Shown here piece after piece: positions 31,536-40,622 of a stretch of 64,000 nt of DNA. The DNA comes from a virus. The stretch spans positions 3,646-67,645 of IMG/VR virus record IMGVR_UViG_3300048587_000114. One strand, given 5' to 3'. Position numbers and translations under genes: made by a program. The first letter of the stretch is position 1, and each line of letters begins with the position of its first letter. The notes under the pieces were generated by a model. That model worked only from the letters and a program-made list of their open reading frames with translations. It was not told where the DNA came from and searched no databases.

Positions 31536-32996
31536 TTACATGTCTCTCAGACGTTCCAGCAACGCCTTCTGAATGTTTCGGTTGCGGGTACGGGCTGTCT
31601 CGTACACCGCGTTATCAATGGTTCCTTCTGCCATAACGTGTACGACATGCACACGATAGGCTTGTCCGTACCGACGCGCACGGGCAACGGCTTGATCCAG
31701 CGTACCCGGTAGGTAGTCATGCTCCAAGAAGATGACTAGGCGACTATGTTGGAGATTTGCTCCTTCGGTGAGGGCCGCAAGGGTCGCAACGACAAGACCA
31801 TTAGGCGAGTCATTCCAAGCATGGAGTCGCTGTTCTCTCGTTGCCGCATCCGTACCCCCGTCAATCTGAAAGATCGGACGACCGGTGACTGATAGCCGCT
31901 TGACCGCAAGATTGCTCGTTCCCCTATACCAACAGAAGATAATGGCAGGTTCGTCCGGACGATCCGCAAGAACGTCGATAATGGTATCAATCTTCGGGTT
32001 GTCTTTTGTTTCGCCAACGATAACTCCATCCTGCACCACAAATCCAGCCGTGAGTTGTCGCAACTTGGCAACCAACGCACCACCAGTTTTGATTGCAACG
32101 GTATCGTCAAGGTCCGGGTGCTCAATGAACCACTCCTTCTTCGCCACATCATGCGCTCGTTTCATGGCCGGTGGCAACGGAACATATATACGCTCTGTAA
32201 CCGGTTCCTCTGTCCATGCAGGACGGACACCGTTGGTGCGGACATGCTCATCAATAACGGTATCGTAGGTACGACGCAGCATGTACTTATCCAGCATCGC
32301 GTTAAAGGCCGGTTCCTTATCCGGTTGAATACCGTGAATCTTCGTCGTCCACGGGTCTTGCTCGGTAACACACCACTCCCCAACGAACCGCCAATACGAT
32401 GAAAAGGCACGGCTGTCGATCATTTTCAGCACAGGCCAAATATCGCCGGGGTTGTTGACTAACGGTGTCCCGGTGAGGAAGTATTTGTTGGCGCTTTTGA
32501 TTCGATTGGCATTCGCCGTCCACTGGGATTTTCGCCCCCGGAGACGGTGTGCCTCATCGAAGATGACGGCACCCCATGTGTACGAAATGAGTTCTGTACG
32601 CTTCTTGATCCCGGTGTCCATAAGTGTGTGGTAATTTGTAATTACCCACCCTGTATAGTCCACGGGAATCGGATCGCCTTTTCTCCCCACAATCTGTACG
32701 TCAGCGTCGGGAATCCACCCCGTAATGTCATCCTGCCACTTTCGAAGCAGGTACGATGGAGCAACCACCAGTTTACGCGTTGTCGGTGCCGCTTCGTATG
32801 CGGCTTGAATGGCCGGGTAGGTTTTGCCCATACCCGGCTCATCCCCAAGAATTGCCCGTTGCTTTGCGGAAAGAAACTCGACTGCCTCTTTCTGATAGTC
32901 ACGAAGTCGTGACACATCTACCATTCCAACCCCTTTCGTCGGTGCCACCACCGGTAGAGTTTCCCGCGCCACCGGTAGTACAACCGCCGATACCAC
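31536..32996 (-). CDS. SNF2-like SF2 helicase
   Basis: DEPGMGKT, DEAH, LTGTP, EGANLQ, QAVARARRYGQ; start may be ATG 32924. Confidence 0.92.
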   Translation of the reverse strand: MVSAVVLPVARETLPVVAPTKGVGMVDVSRLRDYQKEAVEFLSAKQRAILGDEPGMGKTYPAIQAAYEAAPTTRKLVVAPSYLLRKWQDDITGWIPDADVQIVGRKGDPIPVDYTGWVITNYHTLMDTGIKKRTELISYTWGAVIFDEAHRLRGRKSQWTANANRIKSANKYFLTGTPLVNNPGDIWPVLKMIDSRAFSSYWRFVGEWCVTEQDPWTTKIHGIQPDKEPAFNAMLDKYMLRRTYDTVIDEHVRTNGVRPAWTEEPVTERIYVPLPPAMKRAHDVAKKEWFIEHPDLDDTVAIKTGGALVAKLRQLTAGFVVQDGVIVGETKDNPKIDTIIDVLADRPDEPAIIFCWYRGTSNLAVKRLSVTGRPIFQIDGGTDAATREQRLHAWNDSPNGLVVATLAALTEGANLQHSRLVIFLEHDYLPGTLDQAVARARRYGQAYRVHVVHVMAEGTIDNAVYETARTRNRNIQKALLERLRDM

Positions 32997-33238
32997 CAGA
33001 ACGGCTCCACCGGATAGTTCACTCCGCGAATAAGCGCGTTAACAATCGTATCAAACGGAACCGTCCGATCAAACTTGACGTATAACACATGCGCGTATTC
33101 CGCAAGTGCCACGGCATTCGATACCACATCCGGGTCTGTAATGCCGAGCGCAAGTGCATAGTCTAGCACGTCCCGATTTCCCCACTGAGGGCCGGGATCA
33201 CGATGGTCTAGCCAGTCCTGTAGCGAGATGGTTTTCAT
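32918..33238 (-). CDS. Hypothetical protein
   Basis: In leftward operon with overlapping start/stop. Confidence 0.5.
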   Translation of the reverse strand: MKTISLQDWLDHRDPGPQWGNRDVLDYALALGITDPDVVSNAVALAEYAHVLYVKFDRTVPFDTIVNALIRGVNYPVEPFWWYRRLYYRWRGKLYRWWHRRKGLEW

Positions 33239-33639
33239 TCATCCTCCACAAGTCCGAAGTTCTGCACAATCGCATTTGCGATTTCCTCAAAGCTGTAGTC
33301 CGTATCATCCGATAGTTCCAGCACCGATACAAACGTGTAATTGAAGTGCTCATCGGTATGCCCCACCGGGAACCGAATGTCTTGCGTCAAGCCTACGGAC
33401 TGTGCTGCGGCCAGCGGAATCAGCGTGGTTTCATGGTCGCCGCACTGATACCGTACCCCTCCGGGGTATTCCTTTCGTTCCCATGCGGGAAGTTCCCCAA
33501 GCTGGATCAAAAGGTCAACCGCAACGCCAAGCGGATCGTACCCGTGGTCGTTCCGGAGTTGTCCCCGAATCTGCGGGTACGTTCCGGAACGCAGCGCGGT
33601 TACGTACCACTTTAAGAATGAGGTATTAGCTCCACCCAT
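33235..33639 (-). CDS. Hypothetical protein
   Basis: WxxALRSGxYxQxxGxL...FEEIA pattern seen in phage hypothetical proteins. Confidence 0.6.
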   Translation of the reverse strand: MGGANTSFLKWYVTALRSGTYPQIRGQLRNDHGYDPLGVAVDLLIQLGELPAWERKEYPGGVRYQCGDHETTLIPLAAAQSVGLTQDIRFPVGHTDEHFNYTFVSVLELSDDTDYSFEEIANAIVQNFGLVEDE

Positions 33640-33763
33640 AACTTGCTCCGAGTGCGAGGAAGAAGCCGATAACAAAGAGGACCAATCCTCCTGCTACAAG
33701 CACTATCGCCGCTACAAGCATACCGGCGATGATTTTTCCGATTCGTTCTGCGAGTGACATGAA

Positions 33764-34159
33764 TTATCCTCCTGCCTGTCTACTGAGCGCGGAACGCCCG
33801 TGCTCTAGTGCTGTGTCAATGAGGGAGTGGATGGTCTTAGCTTCATTGCCACTCAGATTCGACAGCACATCATCCAAGTCTCCGAGTTTTGGTTCGTGAA
33901 GCAAACTTTGTACCCGGATGGGGGAGTATCCTGCGGCAACAAGCATCCAGTCTCGCTGCTCTGGATCAGCACCGACACCCTTTGCGAGACGAAGTACAAT
34001 GTCTCGACTTGGATGTTCGCGTAACCCCCGCTCTAGGTAAGAAATATAGGAGTCGTCTAGTCCTGCTTCTTCAGCAACTTCAACCTGTGACAAGCCTGCT
34101 GCCTGACGCAAGCTATACAAAATCTCTGCGAACGCATTGCGCGTACTCGTATCAGCCAT
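33764..34159 (-). CDS. XRE-family HTH regulator
   Basis: LRQAAGLSQVEVAEEAGLDDSYISYLERG. Confidence 0.9.
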   Translation of the reverse strand: MADTSTRNAFAEILYSLRQAAGLSQVEVAEEAGLDDSYISYLERGLREHPSRDIVLRLAKGVGADPEQRDWMLVAAGYSPIRVQSLLHEPKLGDLDDVLSNLSGNEAKTIHSLIDTALEHGRSALSRQAGG

Positions 34160-34352
34160 GTTGGTCCCTTCGTTTGTCTTTTCCGACGTGCCAGCATCCG
34201 CAATAGACACAGGCGTAATGATTAAACGGTCGTCCATGTTTCCGCTCTAGGTCACGAACGGCCTTCTTTGCCTCTCGCTCCGTGTAGAACGGGTGCTTAC
34301 GGTTACATCCCTGATACCGCAACCATTCTTGCGGCGTCATTTGCGCCACCAT
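34152..34352 (-). CDS. Small Zn-finger-like protein
   Basis: C..K..F...EA...YACVYCGCWHVG. Confidence 0.65.
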   Translation of the reverse strand: MVAQMTPQEWLRYQGCNRKHPFYTEREAKKAVRDLERKHGRPFNHYACVYCGCWHVGKDKRRDQHG

Positions 34353-34354
34353 TG

Positions 34355-34615
34355 TTACATCCTTTCATAGAGTTCGTTGAACTCTGCTTTCTTCATGGTG
34401 CCAACGGCTCCGTCGTCGTACTCAACAACCACCATCCCCGGTTTAATGTCGATGGATCGGTCTGTTCCAGTATCGTACAGAAACGGGTATGGCTCATCGT
34501 CAAACGAGTGTACCATCCCACACGCCCACTCTAGGAGTGCTTCTCGGTTATCCCCCGTGTACTCTAGAGCGCGGACAACCGGAACTTGTTTCAGTACGTA
34601 CGTACCTTCAATCAC
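34355..34615 (-). CDS. Hypothetical protein (family shared with 50565 and 58826 ORFs)
   Basis: ALEYTGDN...KPGMVVV...EFNELYE. Confidence 0.6.
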   Translation of the reverse strand: MIEGTYVLKQVPVVRALEYTGDNREALLEWACGMVHSFDDEPYPFLYDTGTDRSIDIKPGMVVVEYDDGAVGTMKKAEFNELYERM

Positions 34616-34824
34616 AACGTTCTCCTTTGTGAGCCAAGCTCCACACGACGATAGTTAGTTAGTTCAAGGTACTGGTTGTCAATCAGTTCCCATAGCGCGG
34701 ATCGCGCATCTTGCTCATCGACTCCGCGCTGTTCTGCAAACCAGATGAGTTGTGTCACCGTAAGCGGCGGGTTAGCGCGTTGAACTGCATTGAGAAGAAC
34801 TTCGTGTTCTGGATAGAAGGTCAT
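34612..34824 (-). CDS. Hypothetical protein, possible winged helix
   Basis: Overlapping start/stop chain. Confidence 0.5.
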   Translation of the reverse strand: MTFYPEHEVLLNAVQRANPPLTVTQLIWFAEQRGVDEQDARSALWELIDNQYLELTNYRRVELGSQRRTL

Positions 34825-35024
34825 CGGTCGTTTCCAATCCGCTCCTGCTCATGCAGCCACATACTATCCAAGTCCCACCCATTGACGAAGATGCGGCACA
34901 GGCGCTTCCAACCGAAGCTGTTTCCATATTTCTTGAATACAGCCTCCACGTCCTCTTTCGTCTGTGCAGCGTCGAACGCTTGGTAAACCGCATGGAACAT
35001 GTCGTACGTCAGTTTTGTTGCCAC
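34821..35024 (-). CDS. Hypothetical protein
   Basis: Overlapping start/stop chain. Confidence 0.5.
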   Translation of the reverse strand: MATKLTYDMFHAVYQAFDAAQTKEDVEAVFKKYGNSFGWKRLCRIFVNGWDLDSMWLHEQERIGNDR

Positions 35025-35027
35025 GAA

Positions 35028-35282
35028 TCACTCTCCCATCCAGACGTACCATCGCAGGTACGCATTCTTCATGTCGTCCGTTGCGTCTGCTGGCATAATC
35101 CCGTGATCGGCAAAGACCGTCACTTCGGTTTCATCCGCAATGCACACGGTATAGAGTACAGCTGGATCATTGTCTCCGTACATGCGCCGGTTGAGGACGG
35201 AAGTGGACAGGACGACCGCCCACTCCCATCGTCCACCGTAATACACCTGTACCGTCTCACCGACGTCAAAGACGCGTCCCAT
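35028..35282 (-). CDS. Hypothetical SH3/Tudor-like protein
   Basis: FDVGETVQV...WEWAVV. Confidence 0.5.
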   Translation of the reverse strand: MGRVFDVGETVQVYYGGRWEWAVVLSTSVLNRRMYGDNDPAVLYTVCIADETEVTVFADHGIMPADATDDMKNAYLRWYVWMGE

Positions 35283-35283
35283 C

Positions 35284-36228
35284 CTACCCTCCGAGCGCGG
35301 CGTCCATGTGTGCAGCCGCCTGTGTTTTGAGTTCATCGACAACCGCGCCGTAGCGAACGGTCATGCGGATAGACGTGTGCCCAAGCAACTCCATCAGGGT
35401 CTTTTCGCTCACGCCCTTGGAGCGTAGAAGCGTTCCGAACGCGTGCCGGAGTTGGTGTAGTCCAATCGGGTCAATACCCGCGCTTGTTAGCGCGTCTTGC
35501 AGCCCCATGTAGACCGCATGCGGGTCCACAGGCTTGCCAGCTTGCCCTTGAAAGATGTACTCCGTCGCGGCTGGCCGAACTCGATTGTGCTCAAACGCGG
35601 CGTCGTATAGCTGCCCAAGCGTATCGGCGGCGAGACGTGGTAGCGGTAGTACCCGGCGAGAAGCCGCCGTCTTAGGCTCTGATACCACAAGTCCGTTTCC
35701 GGTGATTCGCTGCACAGCGCGGCTAACTGTAAGAGTTCCTGCACCGAAGTCAATGTCACCCCATTGGAGCGCACAAACTTCTCCACGTCGAAGTCCGAGG
35801 GAAAGCATGAGGATGTAGATTGGTTCATACTTGGTACCCTCTACCGCGTTCAGCAACGCCTGTGCATCGGTTGCCGTCGTCGCCTTGATCGTGGTGTTCG
35901 GAACACGCGGCATGCTGACACGCTTCGCCACGTTAACCGGAAGTTCGCCGTACTCAACCGCTTGATCCAAGGCTTGCCGGAGAATAATCTGCGTTAAGCG
36001 GATGGTTCCCGCCGACAATCCCTTGTGATGCTGAAGCACCATAATCTGCCCGACGTCGTTCGGGCGAAGCTCACCGAGTTTCTTGGTTCCGATCACCGGA
36101 ATGATGTAGCTGCGAATGTGCTGACGGTAGTTTGCAGCCGTTCGCGGACGGAGACTGTGCGCGTGCAAGTCCATCCATTCGTTCATGTACTGAGCCACCG
36201 TCATGTTCTCAGTCATCAGTGCGTCCAA
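35284..36228 (-). CDS. int: Tyrosine integrase/recombinase
   Basis: GLRRGE, EPKT, HQLRH, LLGH and catalytic Y (TVRY). Confidence 0.92.
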   Translation of the reverse strand: MDALMTENMTVAQYMNEWMDLHAHSLRPRTAANYRQHIRSYIIPVIGTKKLGELRPNDVGQIMVLQHHKGLSAGTIRLTQIILRQALDQAVEYGELPVNVAKRVSMPRVPNTTIKATTATDAQALLNAVEGTKYEPIYILMLSLGLRRGEVCALQWGDIDFGAGTLTVSRAVQRITGNGLVVSEPKTAASRRVLPLPRLAADTLGQLYDAAFEHNRVRPAATEYIFQGQAGKPVDPHAVYMGLQDALTSAGIDPIGLHQLRHAFGTLLRSKGVSEKTLMELLGHTSIRMTVRYGAVVDELKTQAAAHMDAALGG

Positions 36229-36439
36229 AGTAGAACACCCCCTCCGGTACGATGCTATCCTGAACCACAGTCAATTCAGGACTACATGTAGTATACACCG
36301 TACCCGGAGAAATGACAAGGGCTGTCGGCGGCAATCCGTGGATTTCCTCATAGATTGCCTCACCGATACGGATGGTTTCGTCCGGAGTTTCTTTTTTCGT
36401 CCGTCGCTGAATCATCAGGTAAGGAATTGTCAGGTTCAT
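36209..36439 (-). CDS. Hypothetical protein
   Basis: RBS GGAGAGG, coupled to upstream gene. Confidence 0.45.
   Translation of the reverse strand: MNLTIPYLMIQRRTKKETPDETIRIGEAIYEEIHGLPPTALVISPGTVYTTCSPELTVVQDSIVPEGVFYFGRTDD
36290..36318 (-). promoter_or_regulatory. Putative integrase promoter inside upstream gene
   Basis: Minus strand TTGTCA-N17-TATACT. Confidence 0.6.
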
Positions 36440-36780
36440 GTTGCGTCCTCTCCGAACAACATGGCTACGAGTCGTGTGCGTTCGTTCTGCACACGCTCCC
36501 ACTCGTCGCGGCACGGAAAGTCACCCGGAGGGGTTGCCGTACACACGCCGTACGCATGCTCTGCTTCGTGCAGTACGTCAAGCTGTCGCTCAACACGATC
36601 TTTAAATGCAGGATCGTCCAAGGTAGGTAGTGCCTGCAAAAACTCAATATACCCCATACGATGCCGGTATGCTGCGGCACGCGTCGTTGGAGTTACCTTT
36701 GTATGGTTTATAACAGCGGTAAGTGATTCGATTCGCTTCGTGACATGCTCGGTAATCCGTTTCTTGGTAAATACGCTCAT
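36436..36780 (-). CDS. Hypothetical protein
   Basis: RBS AGGAGGG. Confidence 0.55.
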   Translation of the reverse strand: MSVFTKKRITEHVTKRIESLTAVINHTKVTPTTRAAAYRHRMGYIEFLQALPTLDDPAFKDRVERQLDVLHEAEHAYGVCTATPPGDFPCRDEWERVQNERTRLVAMLFGEDAT

Positions 36781-36810
36781 AGCTCCCTCCTAGCGAGTAG
36801 GGGTTTCCCC

Positions 36811-38010
36811 CTACTCTGCCGCCCGTGTTTGTCCCTTGACCGTCATAATCGGTGTATACGTGTCGGCCACATACACCAAGTCCTCTTGCAAGGCGATTAC
36901 CCGGTCAATGTCCTTATATGCGCCCGGTGCCTCATCAACGTATTCCAATCCCGCCTGTGAGTACGTCCCCGCAAGCGATGCCTGAAACTCGTTAATCGTG
37001 ATCGAACGCTTTGCTTCACCACGGCTCATGGTCCGTCCCGCGCCGTGTGAGCACGACTCAAAGCTATCGGTATTTCCCTTACCGATCACCTTGTAGCTCT
37101 TGGAACCCATGCTCCCCGGAATCAAGCCGATTTCAGAGAACCGCGCACTGGTCGCACCCTTTCGGTGCAGCACCATATCGCCGTCCAATTGTGCGTAGTT
37201 GTGTGGCGTGTCGTGAATAGTGGACTGACTGAGCACACTGGTGATGCCCCGTTCCTGAAGCACATCCGCAAATGCTGACAGAACCGCCGTCATCATACGC
37301 TCTCGGTTGAGTCGCGCATAATCAATGGCCCATTGCATATCGTGCAGATAGTTCTGTCCTTCAACCGTTTCCAGCGACAAGTGTGCGAGGTCACGCGGTA
37401 CACGGGTCTTTGTCTGCGTTACAAATTGCTCTGCCTGCTGGTTGTAGTGGTTGGCGATCCGAAGCCCGATGTGTCTGGAACCAGAGTGCAGCATGAACCC
37501 AATGAAGCCACGGTCGTTTACCTGTGCTTCAATAAAGTGGTTGCCACCACCAAGGGTACCGATCTGGTACGCCCCCTTCGTGTCCACAAGTTCTTGCAAT
37601 TCCCGCGCTCGGAGCGGTTCTAGCTTCAAGTGTCCGAGTGTGTGCGGATACTTGTGCGCGTTGAATCCCATCGGTACGGCACGCCGTACCTTCGTTGCCC
37701 ACGCCTGCCAGAAGTCCGCGTTCATCGCCTCACGGTCGAACGGCATGGTCGTTTGCGCGTGGCGCATACCACACCCAATGTCCACGCCAACCGCGTTCGG
37801 GATAACGGCCAACTCGGTCGGCAACACACAGCCGATGGTTACTCCGACGCCAAGGTGACAGTCAGGCATAACGGCAATGTGCGGACCAAGAGCCGGATGC
37901 CCCGCTGCGGCCATAAGCTGACTCATCGCCTGCGGTTCCATCTCATCCAACGGAAGCCAGCTACGAATCTCACGCCCGTTTCCACCAAGAAAGGTTGTAT
38001 AGGTTCCCAT
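36811..38010 (-). CDS. rtcB: RtcB RNA ligase
   Basis: MPDCH, VGVDIGCG, GTLGGGNHFIE, HSGSR, HNY, HRKGA, PGSMG, SHGAGR, DEAPGAYK. Confidence 0.97.
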   Translation of the reverse strand: MGTYTTFLGGNGREIRSWLPLDEMEPQAMSQLMAAAGHPALGPHIAVMPDCHLGVGVTIGCVLPTELAVIPNAVGVDIGCGMRHAQTTMPFDREAMNADFWQAWATKVRRAVPMGFNAHKYPHTLGHLKLEPLRARELQELVDTKGAYQIGTLGGGNHFIEAQVNDRGFIGFMLHSGSRHIGLRIANHYNQQAEQFVTQTKTRVPRDLAHLSLETVEGQNYLHDMQWAIDYARLNRERMMTAVLSAFADVLQERGITSVLSQSTIHDTPHNYAQLDGDMVLHRKGATSARFSEIGLIPGSMGSKSYKVIGKGNTDSFESCSHGAGRTMSRGEAKRSITINEFQASLAGTYSQAGLEYVDEAPGAYKDIDRVIALQEDLVYVADTYTPIMTVKGQTRAAE

Positions 38011-38011
38011 G

Positions 38012-38380
38012 TTATTTCACGTCCTTGTAGGTGTCTCCGGCCAGAATACCGTAAATCGTTTTTGGATTTGCGTTGTACTTCTGGCAGAGTTCTTTAACGT
38101 ACTTCACACTGGACCGTCCAGTGCTGCGAATGTCCCTGATTTCGTCATCGGTAAACCGACGATAGAGGCTCCGTTGCCCTTTCTTGAATTGAATACCAAG
38201 CTCTCCCAACTTTGCGCGTTGGCGGTCGTGCCAGCAATCAAGGCACCGGAACCCCACCGTGATGAAGGTTCCACAGTCATAGCAGGTTTTTAAGTGTCCG
38301 GTTGGCCGAACGTTCCGTTGCAAGAGGGGACTATCCTCATCAATCGGTTCCTGATCCAGTGCTGTGACGTTAAAACTCAT
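38012..38380 (-). CDS. Zn-finger plus HTH DNA-binding protein
   Basis: CYDC...CLDC; FTDDEIRDIR...LCQKYN..PKTIYGI. Confidence 0.65.
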   Translation of the reverse strand: MSFNVTALDQEPIDEDSPLLQRNVRPTGHLKTCYDCGTFITVGFRCLDCWHDRQRAKLGELGIQFKKGQRSLYRRFTDDEIRDIRSTGRSSVKYVKELCQKYNANPKTIYGILAGDTYKDVK

Positions 38381-38658
38381 CTCCGTAGCTCCACATCTGA
38401 CGGGGTAAGTTCCCGCCCTTGTAGTTGCTCAATGGTTTTCACCATTGACCGCTTCACGCTAAACCCAATGTGCTCACGCACCGTAATCCACGCTCCGTCA
38501 CGCCGTTTAAACTGCAACCGAACACGGGTCTTACGTGCGTCCTTCCCGTTCTGGTGCTCGTAGCCGTAGGTTTCAATGTCGAACCGCATCCACGGTCTGT
38601 TTTGCACCCACGCTTTTGCCAGCCGGTACTTTGCGTCTCGTTTCTGCTCGTTCGTCAT
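38377..38658 (-). CDS. Hypothetical protein
   Basis: RBS GGAGG; coupled. Confidence 0.5.
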   Translation of the reverse strand: MTNEQKRDAKYRLAKAWVQNRPWMRFDIETYGYEHQNGKDARKTRVRLQFKRRDGAWITVREHIGFSVKRSMVKTIEQLQGRELTPSDVELRR

Positions 38659-38666
38659 CGCGCCTC

Positions 38667-39191
38667 CTAGTCGGCTACTGTCCGTTCAAAGTCATAGTAC
38701 GCAAGCGGTTTCGCGTACATCATTTGCTCCCACCACACCGGTTTGACGTTCATCATCCGATCTTGGAGCGCCTGCCAGTCATCTTGTGTGACCGGTTCAA
38801 GGTCATTTACTTTCGGAAATATTTCGTCGCCGCGCTCGGGGTACTGATCCTGAAAGAGCAACCGCCCTCCGAAGAATTGTCCAACGGTACGCAGGACTGC
38901 AACCGTCCCCGGTGTGGAGCGTCCGAAGATACCGCGCCCTCCAAGGTCCATCTCATATGAGAAGAACAGTGGTTGCTGGACGGTAAGCGTATCGAACTCC
39001 CACCGGGTTAGCTCCGGAAAGTTGTGATCCACAAAATGCGTTCGCGCTCCGTGGACACTGACAAGTCGTTGCTGGTTGCGTAACGGGCCGCGCTCTGGTG
39101 GACACCCAAGCGCAATGCCCGTCACGGTCTGTACCCAATGGTACCGCGCCTCAATAGGCAGATAGAGTTCCGCGCATACGGTCGCTGGCAT
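38667..39191 (-). CDS. Hypothetical protein
   Basis: Start overlaps peptidase stop. Confidence 0.55.
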   Translation of the reverse strand: MPATVCAELYLPIEARYHWVQTVTGIALGCPPERGPLRNQQRLVSVHGARTHFVDHNFPELTRWEFDTLTVQQPLFFSYEMDLGGRGIFGRSTPGTVAVLRTVGQFFGGRLLFQDQYPERGDEIFPKVNDLEPVTQDDWQALQDRMMNVKPVWWEQMMYAKPLAYYDFERTVAD

Positions 39192-40447
39192 CAGGCACCT
39201 ACCCGAATCCGCGCACGCTGCTGCTTTGACGAAGCGACGGATGCAACCGCCGTCCGTGCGACGGCTCTCGCCTCACCCTCATAGAGTTGGCATACCATGC
39301 AGAAGTATTCTTCCTCTGCGGTATCCCACATCATGTTAATGTTGGTGTCGCACAGCGGACAAGCCGGATCAATCACCGAACCCATTGCCGTCTCATCGTC
39401 GGAACCACCACGCAGGTAGGCCGCAATATCCTCTTTCGTGTATTCCTCAGACTCACCCTCACCGGTCACTTCGTAGAAGCTGCCGTCTAGGTACGCTTCG
39501 GTTGCGGCTCGTTTCTTCTCCATGTAGTCGTCAAACGACTCATAGAGTACGCCGTTAATAGTAACGCTTGATCGGCCAGTAGCAACTGCTTTAGTTCCGG
39601 CTGTTTCGGTGGACTCGTACTTGTCCCGGCTGTAGTAGGAACCGTACCCGTAGTTGTAGCTGGAAACGTACCGGCCACGACTTTTCTTGTCGGTATCGGT
39701 GTGAAACCATTGCTGATCGGCAAGGTTCTCGCAAATCTCCGTAAAGAGTCCGAGTGTTGCCGCCACATCCTGAATCGACACCATCTCCTTCGATGAGTGT
39801 GCGTTGTAGTACCCACAGGAAACGTTCGCACAGGCAATCGGAAGCCCGTTGTTCTTCAACTGGATTACATCGGAGATGGAACCCCAATCGTAGGACTTGT
39901 ATCCATAAACGGACAGGTACGGTGCAATCGCTTCTTCGAACTCATCTCCGAACAGTTCTGTTCCCGCTCCTACCCGAATGAAGTCACTGTTCCCGTTGCG
40001 GTCCCCTTGGAGCACGAAGGAACAGTCCACGAAGAAGTCCATGTCGGCCTCTCGGGAACCGACACACCCGATTTCCTCATCTCGGAAGAACACAGCCTTT
40101 GCAGCCGGAAGTGTGTTCAAAAGCGAAAGCGCAAGGAAGATACCTACCTTGTCATCGCCGCCTACGCCGGTCGTGTCCATGTTCTTCGGGTCAATGGCGA
40201 AGATAAGGTCATCGGCAACCACGACCTTATACTGGTTCTTGGCCTTGATCCGGTGTACCGTGTCCGTGTGGGCCACGATGCACGGGAAGATTGCCGCGTC
40301 CCCCTTGGTCGCGTAGATGTTTCCATCCTTCACCACCGTGCGAACGCCCATGTCCGCACACTTGGAGAGAATGAATTGGTTCATGCGTTGGGTATCACGC
40401 GAATGGCTCTGAACCCTGAGCGTTTTGAGTAGCAGTCCTGTGTCCAA
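39191..40447 (-). CDS. M20/M28-family zinc metallopeptidase-like protein with C-terminal Zn ribbon
   Basis: AHTDTVH, GGDDKVG, DEEIGCVGS, D, YYNAH; CPLC...CMVC; TTG start at 40447 after AGGAGAAAGG. Confidence 0.85.
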   Translation of the reverse strand: MDTGLLLKTLRVQSHSRDTQRMNQFILSKCADMGVRTVVKDGNIYATKGDAAIFPCIVAHTDTVHRIKAKNQYKVVVADDLIFAIDPKNMDTTGVGGDDKVGIFLALSLLNTLPAAKAVFFRDEEIGCVGSREADMDFFVDCSFVLQGDRNGNSDFIRVGAGTELFGDEFEEAIAPYLSVYGYKSYDWGSISDVIQLKNNGLPIACANVSCGYYNAHSSKEMVSIQDVAATLGLFTEICENLADQQWFHTDTDKKSRGRYVSSYNYGYGSYYSRDKYESTETAGTKAVATGRSSVTINGVLYESFDDYMEKKRAATEAYLDGSFYEVTGEGESEEYTKEDIAAYLRGGSDDETAMGSVIDPACPLCDTNINMMWDTAEEEYFCMVCQLYEGEARAVARTAVASVASSKQQRARIRVGA

Positions 40448-40476
40448 TGCTTGTCCTTTCTCCTGACTAGGATTCA

Positions 40477-40505
40477 AGTATACCACGTCCCCCTCGTACG
40501 TGCAA
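40477..40505 (-). promoter_or_regulatory. Sigma70-type promoter for peptidase-RtcB operon
   Basis: Minus strand TTGCAC-N17-TATACT. Confidence 0.65.
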
Positions 40506-40622
40506 GGGGCTTTGGCAAGTTGTGCTCGGGATAACCCACCGGGGTACAGGTTTTTAGACCGTCCCCGGCGAGTTGCCCTTCCCGATAGGCTTGGGAACAT
40601 CACGCCCGTTGCGCGTCCCCGT

